Below the pieces are notes generated by a model. It saw only the letters and a program-made list of their open reading frames with translations, made no database searches and was not told where the DNA came from. A program made the translations under genes and the position numbers. 64,000 nucleotides of DNA, taken from Botryllus schlosseri. Taxonomy: Eukaryota. The stretch is from positions 11,222,001 through 11,286,000 of the forward strand of contig CM119381.1 of the NCBI GenBank assembly GCA_051294905.1. Direction: 5' to 3'. Position 1 is the first letter of the stretch. Every line of letters begins with the position of its first letter. Below are positions 63,838 through 64,000 of the stretch, one piece after another.

Positions 63838-64000
63838 CAGACCATTGTGAATCCACTAAATTTACTATTTTCTCCAGCAGAGTGTATATTTGTCAGTCTA
63901 TTAGAAGTATTTATGGTATGGTCTGGAATTTACAACTCATATTAGTACTCCAGTAATATAGAATTATTTCAACTGCAACAGTGGACAACCAGCTGAACCC

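Noticed and set aside
63350-63956. ORFs 63350-63721 and 63774-63956 as the gene's first exon
   Set aside because: No signal peptide or domain similarity and no convincing donor; the 5' end probably lies beyond the window.

Overview
Eukaryotic, AT-rich animal DNA with many 56-68 nt introns, consistent with a compact invertebrate genome such as a tunicate (inference). Almost the whole window is one giant intron-rich gene on the minus strand, open at both ends. Hand splicing gives about 175 GT-AG exons and roughly 9,200 aa of continuous frame. N- to C-terminal order: 5 Calx-beta domains (63352-58857), a 27-nt RGD micro-exon (58180-58154), 69 tandem mostly calcium-binding EGF-like domains in 64 exons (58091-34281), 4 Calx-beta domains (33059-30117), 34 Calx-beta domains encoded by 17 near-identical 1092-bp tandem units (29503-11002), 10 older diverged Calx-beta domains (10940-887), and the start of a von Willebrand factor type D domain (735-377). 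The Calx-beta domains resemble those of FRAS1/FREM2/ECM3, but I do not recognise this architecture as a named gene. All exons upstream of the vWD domain are phase 1-1. Introns carry hAT-type elements with intact 8-bp target-site duplications, a tRNA-derived SINE candidate, a long hairpin and microsatellites. Coordinates and counts were read by hand and may be off by a few bases.
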